Below are positions 60,031 through 64,000 of a stretch of 64,000 nucleotides of DNA, piece by piece. The DNA is taken from positions 6,182 through 70,181 of the forward strand of contig NZ_JBDVJE010000071.1 of assembly GCF_039939415.1 (NCBI RefSeq), in the 5' to 3' direction. The DNA comes from Polaribacter sp. GTDB taxonomy: Bacteria; Bacteroidota; Bacteroidia; Flavobacteriales; Flavobacteriaceae. The notes under the pieces are model-generated. The model was not told where the DNA came from, did no database searches, and saw only the letters and a program-made list of their open reading frames with translations. Positions within the stretch are counted from its first letter, which is position 1; every line of letters begins with the position of its first letter. A program made the translations under genes and the position numbers.

Positions 60031-61350
60031 TTAATTTATAGATTCCAAAACTCCTTTCAGAAACTCATTTTCATCAAAATTAGTCAATCCAAAACGTACA
60101 ATTACCATTTCTTGATCTGGTAAAACATAGACTCTTTGTCCTTGATAACCATCTGCATAATACATATTTTTAGGTACATCTTTAAAATTGCCATTTGCAT
60201 TTAACCAGAACTGTGCTCCGTAAATTCCTTTAGAAGTTGGTGTTGGTGTTGTAACATATTTTACCCATTCTTTGGTTAATAAATGTGCTCCATTCCAATT
60301 TCCGTTTTTAAGGTATAACAGCCCAAATTTTGCCCAATCTCTTGTGGTTGCCCAAGAATAAGAAGAAGCTACGTAATTTCCGCTTAAATCTGCTTCTAAA
60401 ATCATAGAGTTCATTCCTATTTTATCAATAAAATCTGTATACCAAAAATCTAAATATTCTTGATGTGTTTTAAACTGACTTCTTAAAATACCAGACAATA
60501 AATTAGTAGTTCCAGAAGAATAATTAAAAGTTTCATTGGGTTTGCCAACCAAAGGCTTGTTTTCTTGCATTTTGGTCATGTCTCTTTCTAAAAATAACAT
60601 TTTAGTAGCATCAGAAATTTCATCATAATTTTCATCCCATTCTAAACCAGAATTCATTTGTAATAAATTATGAATAGTAATGTTTTTACGTTCATCATTT
60701 TGCCAAGAATCTATTGGAGCTTTATCTTGAATATTCAATTTACCTTGATGCTGCATCACTCCAAAAACAGTACTTAACAAACTTTTGGTCATAGACCATC
60801 CTAATATTTTAGAATCTTTATTAAAACCTCTATTGTATTTTTCTGCAATAATTTGATCTTTATAAACTACTAAAACAGCTCTTGTTTTATTTTTTTCTTG
60901 AAACAAAGAATCTATAGCTATATTTAAGTTCTTATAATTAATAGTACTAAAAACAGAATCTTTTTGTTCTCCATTTCCATACGGAAAAGGTGTTCTATAA
61001 TCTGGCTTTAATCTATTTGGTATTAAGTACGAAGCAGTTTCATCTTCTTCTGTTAAAGTTAAAACAGAACCTAAACCTTTTCTAATAATTGCTTTTCTAG
61101 TTAACAAACTATATACAGAAGATGTAGCTGCTTTTTTATCTACCTCAATTTCATCTGAAGCTAAATTTACAGGCGAAAAATTATTGTCGGTTGCATCTGT
61201 AAACTCTAAAGTTCTTCTAGCAACAAATACAGAAGATGCAGTATTTTTTGCAGAATAACCTGCTAAAATATTCAGTTTTGGGTAATTGTAGATTACAGCA
61301 ATTGTAATAAAAACAAGAAGTAAAAGTAAAATTCGTTTTAAAATTTTCAT
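60031..61350 (-). CDS. Serine hydrolase, beta-lactamase-like family
   Basis: WSMTKS (SxxK), FNYSSG (YxS), YADGYQGQ. Confidence 0.9.
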   Translation of the reverse strand: MKILKRILLLLLVFITIAVIYNYPKLNILAGYSAKNTASSVFVARRTLEFTDATDNNFSPVNLASDEIEVDKKAATSSVYSLLTRKAIIRKGLGSVLTLTEEDETASYLIPNRLKPDYRTPFPYGNGEQKDSVFSTINYKNLNIAIDSLFQEKNKTRAVLVVYKDQIIAEKYNRGFNKDSKILGWSMTKSLLSTVFGVMQHQGKLNIQDKAPIDSWQNDERKNITIHNLLQMNSGLEWDENYDEISDATKMLFLERDMTKMQENKPLVGKPNETFNYSSGTTNLLSGILRSQFKTHQEYLDFWYTDFIDKIGMNSMILEADLSGNYVASSYSWATTRDWAKFGLLYLKNGNWNGAHLLTKEWVKYVTTPTPTSKGIYGAQFWLNANGNFKDVPKNMYYADGYQGQRVYVLPDQEMVIVRFGLTNFDENEFLKGVLESIN

Positions 61351-61500
61351 CTAATAAAGGTTTGCTGTTGTAAAAATAAGAATTAAAAGCTCAACTTTTT
61401 TATATCAGTATAAATACCTAAAAGTAAAAAAAGGGGTTTCTATGTAAAATATAACTGATTGATTTTATTAGTTTTAACCCAAAACATCAAGCCAAATAAA

Positions 61501-62286
61501 ATGACTACACCAACTACAAAGACAGATACAACAAAACCAAAATCATCTTCAACAAAACCAACTACCACAAAAGTAAGTCCTGGAATTTCTGAAGATGTAA
61601 TTACTGAGTTAAGTAGAGAAATAAATAATATGTTGTCTTTTGCAATTTTTAACGGAATTATGGTAAACACGGAAGTAAATTCATTGATACAAAATAGTAA
61701 TGTAGACGATTTGATAAATGCACATAACCTTTTGTGTAAAAATGTAGCTCCTGCAACACCAAAATCTATTGGATATACTCAAAAATTAAATAAGGATGGA
61801 AATGGAAAATCTATCTTTAAAAAACTTCCACTATTAAGAAATTTAGTTTTATTGGCACTTGCTTTTTTGATTGCTTATATAGCTACAGGAATGTCTTCTC
61901 AAGTAAATAACGACTCTCTAGATAAAGGAATGATGAATAATAGTGGAATTCCTTTGTTACTTAATATTACTTATTTAAGCTCAGTTGCAGGTTTAGGAGT
62001 ATTGTTTTTTTTATTAAAAGAAGTAAGTATTTCCTTAAAAAAAGGGTCATTAATTCCAGAAAATGCAATTGGCTATTTATCTCAAATTATTTTAGGAATT
62101 ATTTCTGGATTAATCATGTCTGAAATCATATCATTTTATACAACAGATCCAAAACAAATTAATTTATTTAATAAAAGTATTCTTGCTTTAGTTGGTGGGT
62201 TCTCTTCAGATGCTATTTTTAGCATTTTACAAGGTATTATCAACAGAATTAAGAGCATTTTTATATCACAAAACGCCATAAACTAA
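61501..62286 (+). CDS. Hypothetical 4-TM membrane protein; probable start 61501
   Basis: T/K-rich N-tail, soluble domain, TMs with AGLG, LGIISG, ALVGGFSSD. Confidence 0.75.
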   Translation: MTTPTTKTDTTKPKSSSTKPTTTKVSPGISEDVITELSREINNMLSFAIFNGIMVNTEVNSLIQNSNVDDLINAHNLLCKNVAPATPKSIGYTQKLNKDGNGKSIFKKLPLLRNLVLLALAFLIAYIATGMSSQVNNDSLDKGMMNNSGIPLLLNITYLSSVAGLGVLFFLLKEVSISLKKGSLIPENAIGYLSQIILGIISGLIMSEIISFYTTDPKQINLFNKSILALVGGFSSDAIFSILQGIINRIKSIFISQNAIN

Positions 62287-62870
62287 TGTATAAAAAAATA
62301 TTTCTATTACTAGCAACTACACTTTTTTTATCGTGTGCTAGTTTGCCAAATTCAACATCTAAATTAACAAAAAAAGTGATTGATGAAGGTGATGCAATGC
62401 ATCAACTAAATATATCTTTAGTAAATCAATTATTTAATGAAAAAAAAGCGCGTTTAAATAATTTTATCACTAGTAAATACACACCTGCAATTATAGAAAA
62501 ATATCAAAAACTGTTACCTCAAGATATAGACTACAAAAAAGAATTACCAAATATTATTGAAGCAATTATACCTGTAATTAATAGAAAAAGAGATTCATTG
62601 CAAGATTTATTATTAAATCAACAACAGAAAATAGTTTCTGATTTAAATACAAATTTCATATCATATTCTAAAGCAACTTCTTCGCTACAAAACTTAATTA
62701 ATTCTGCCGTAAAAGAAAAAAGTGCAGAACAAAGCGCGTTAGCAGAAATTAATAATTTAACAGGAAACAAACTTAATTTTAAACAAATAGAAAATAAGTT
62801 AGATAGTTTATTAAACAAAACTGGTTTAGGAATGGGCAAATTATTAAACCTAGAAAAACTAATAAAATAA
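62286..62870 (+). CDS. Hypothetical helical lipoprotein
   Basis: Lipobox FLSC; coiled-coil character; TAATG overlap with previous gene. Confidence 0.8.
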   Translation: MYKKIFLLLATTLFLSCASLPNSTSKLTKKVIDEGDAMHQLNISLVNQLFNEKKARLNNFITSKYTPAIIEKYQKLLPQDIDYKKELPNIIEAIIPVINRKRDSLQDLLLNQQQKIVSDLNTNFISYSKATSSLQNLINSAVKEKSAEQSALAEINNLTGNKLNFKQIENKLDSLLNKTGLGMGKLLNLEKLIK

Positions 62871-62876
62871 ACCGTT

Positions 62877-63146
62877 ATGAGTGATATAGATTGGAGAGCC
62901 TTAGCAGAAAAAGCCGTTTCTCAAACAGATGCTGAATTTAAAAACCAATTAGCTGGTTTAACGAGTTTAAAAACATCAGAAATAGATACATTTATTTCAG
63001 AAAGTAATATTACAAACAACGATGCTTTAGCTGTTTTAACAGAAATAAATAATGCTTCTTTAACAAACAATGAAAAAGCTTCTGCTATTTCAAACATTCA
63101 AAATGGCGTTGGTTTTTTAGTAAAATTAGTTTCTAAAGTAGTATAA
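62877..63146 (+). CDS. Small helical hypothetical protein
   Basis: 89 aa, amphipathic C-terminus GVGFLVKLVSKVV. Confidence 0.75.
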   Translation: MSDIDWRALAEKAVSQTDAEFKNQLAGLTSLKTSEIDTFISESNITNNDALAVLTEINNASLTNNEKASAISNIQNGVGFLVKLVSKVV

Positions 63147-63219
63147 TAAAAAATTCTTATTGTCTTTTTTACAAGTTTAAAAATTCAAACTTTATCTTTG
63201 CTTTTTAAACTGACTTCGT

Positions 63220-64000
63220 ATGATAAATGTTGATAAAATTCGTGAAGATTTTCCTATTCTAAAAAGACAGGTTCATGGAAAACCTTTGGTATATTTTGAT
63301 AATGCAGCAACTTCACAAACTCCTCAAATAGTTATTGATGCTATTGTTGATTATTATAGTAATTACAACGCTAACATTCATAGAGGTGTGCATACTTTAA
63401 GTCAAGAAGCAACAGACAAATATGAAGAAGCGCGTATTAAAATTCAACAACATTTTAATGCAAAAGAAGCGTATGAAATCATTTTAACTTCTGGCACAAC
63501 ACATAGTATAAATATGGTTGCCTCTGGTTTTGCATCACTTTTAAATAAAGGTGATGAAATAATCGTTTCTGCTTTAGAACATCATTCTAATATTGTGCCT
63601 TGGCAAATGTTATGCGAAAAAACTGGCGCTATTTTAAAGGTAATTCCAATGAAATTGGATGGATCTTTAGATATGGATGTATATCATAATTTATTGAACG
63701 AAAACACAAAATTGGTTTTTTGTAATCATGTTTCAAATGCATTAGGAACTGTAAATCCTATTAAAGAAATTATTGATGCTGCTCATAAAGTAAACGCTGC
63801 TGTTTTAATTGATGGAGCACAAGCAACACCACATATTAAACTAGATGCACAGGCTTTAGATGTTGATTTTTATGTTGCTTCTGCACATAAATTATGTGGG
63901 CCAACAGGTGTTGGATTGTTGTACGGAAAACAAGAATGGTTAGAAAAACTACCTCCTTATCAAGGTGGAGGAGAAATGATAGAAACTGTTTCTTTTGAAA
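63220..64000 (+). CDS. sufS: Cysteine desulfurase SufS (3' partial, runs off window; not in ORF track)
   Basis: ATG at 63220: MINVDKIREDFPIL..YFDNAATSQTP..EHHSNIVPWQ..SAHKLCGPTGVG; own TATCTTTG at 63193-63200. Confidence 0.95.
   Translation, partial: MINVDKIREDFPILKRQVHGKPLVYFDNAATSQTPQIVIDAIVDYYSNYNANIHRGVHTLSQEATDKYEEARIKIQQHFNAKEAYEIILTSGTTHSINMVASGFASLLNKGDEIIVSALEHHSNIVPWQMLCEKTGAILKVIPMKLDGSLDMDVYHNLLNENTKLVFCNHVSNALGTVNPIKEIIDAAHKVNAAVLIDGAQATPHIKLDAQALDVDFYVASAHKLCGPTGVGLLYGKQEWLEKLPPYQGGGEMIETVSFE

Noticed and set aside
2490-62839. Short ORFs from the track overlapping real genes, mostly antisense (e.g. 2490, 3661, 10049, 15658, 16740, 18331, 24756, 33318, 46033, 46942, 49633, 57712, 61440, 62618)
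   Set aside because: Shadow frames of well-supported genes with no recognisable motifs

Overview
A very AT-rich window from a Flavobacteriaceae chromosome (Polaribacter/Tenacibaculum-like; inferred from gene order, TAnnTTTG promoters and protein style). In order: an iron-homeostasis group (PepSY-TM partial, flavodoxin, ferritin, nfuA-like, mrp); core genes (trmB, upp, LysM, yicC-gmk-nadD, GH3, queD, pth-rplY-prs); tRNA-Leu(CAA); a gluconate 5-dehydrogenase-like SDR divergent from a susC/susD pair whose susC has a +1 frameshift; a ~23 kb minus-strand nitrate/nitrite assimilation cluster (nirBD, NarX/NarL-like two-component system, narK, fused nitrate reductase, rubredoxin-domain protein, Crp/Fnr, ABC transporter, porin) that also holds a five-gene heme cassette (globin, c-heme lipoprotein, predicted di-heme b membrane protein, FAD/2Fe-2S reductase, pentaheme cytochrome c); and a suf operon split between sufD and sufS by a pcfJ-rtcB-prfH-TPR operon, a serine hydrolase and an unknown three-gene membrane cassette. 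The most notable observations are an apparently complete leader-peptide attenuator upstream of the PcfJ/RtcB/PrfH operon, the globin-multiheme cassette, a recurring TAMGTAT-N2-ATACKTA operator across the nitrate cluster, and several intergenic repeat families. All family assignments come from motif recognition by eye; no searches were run.
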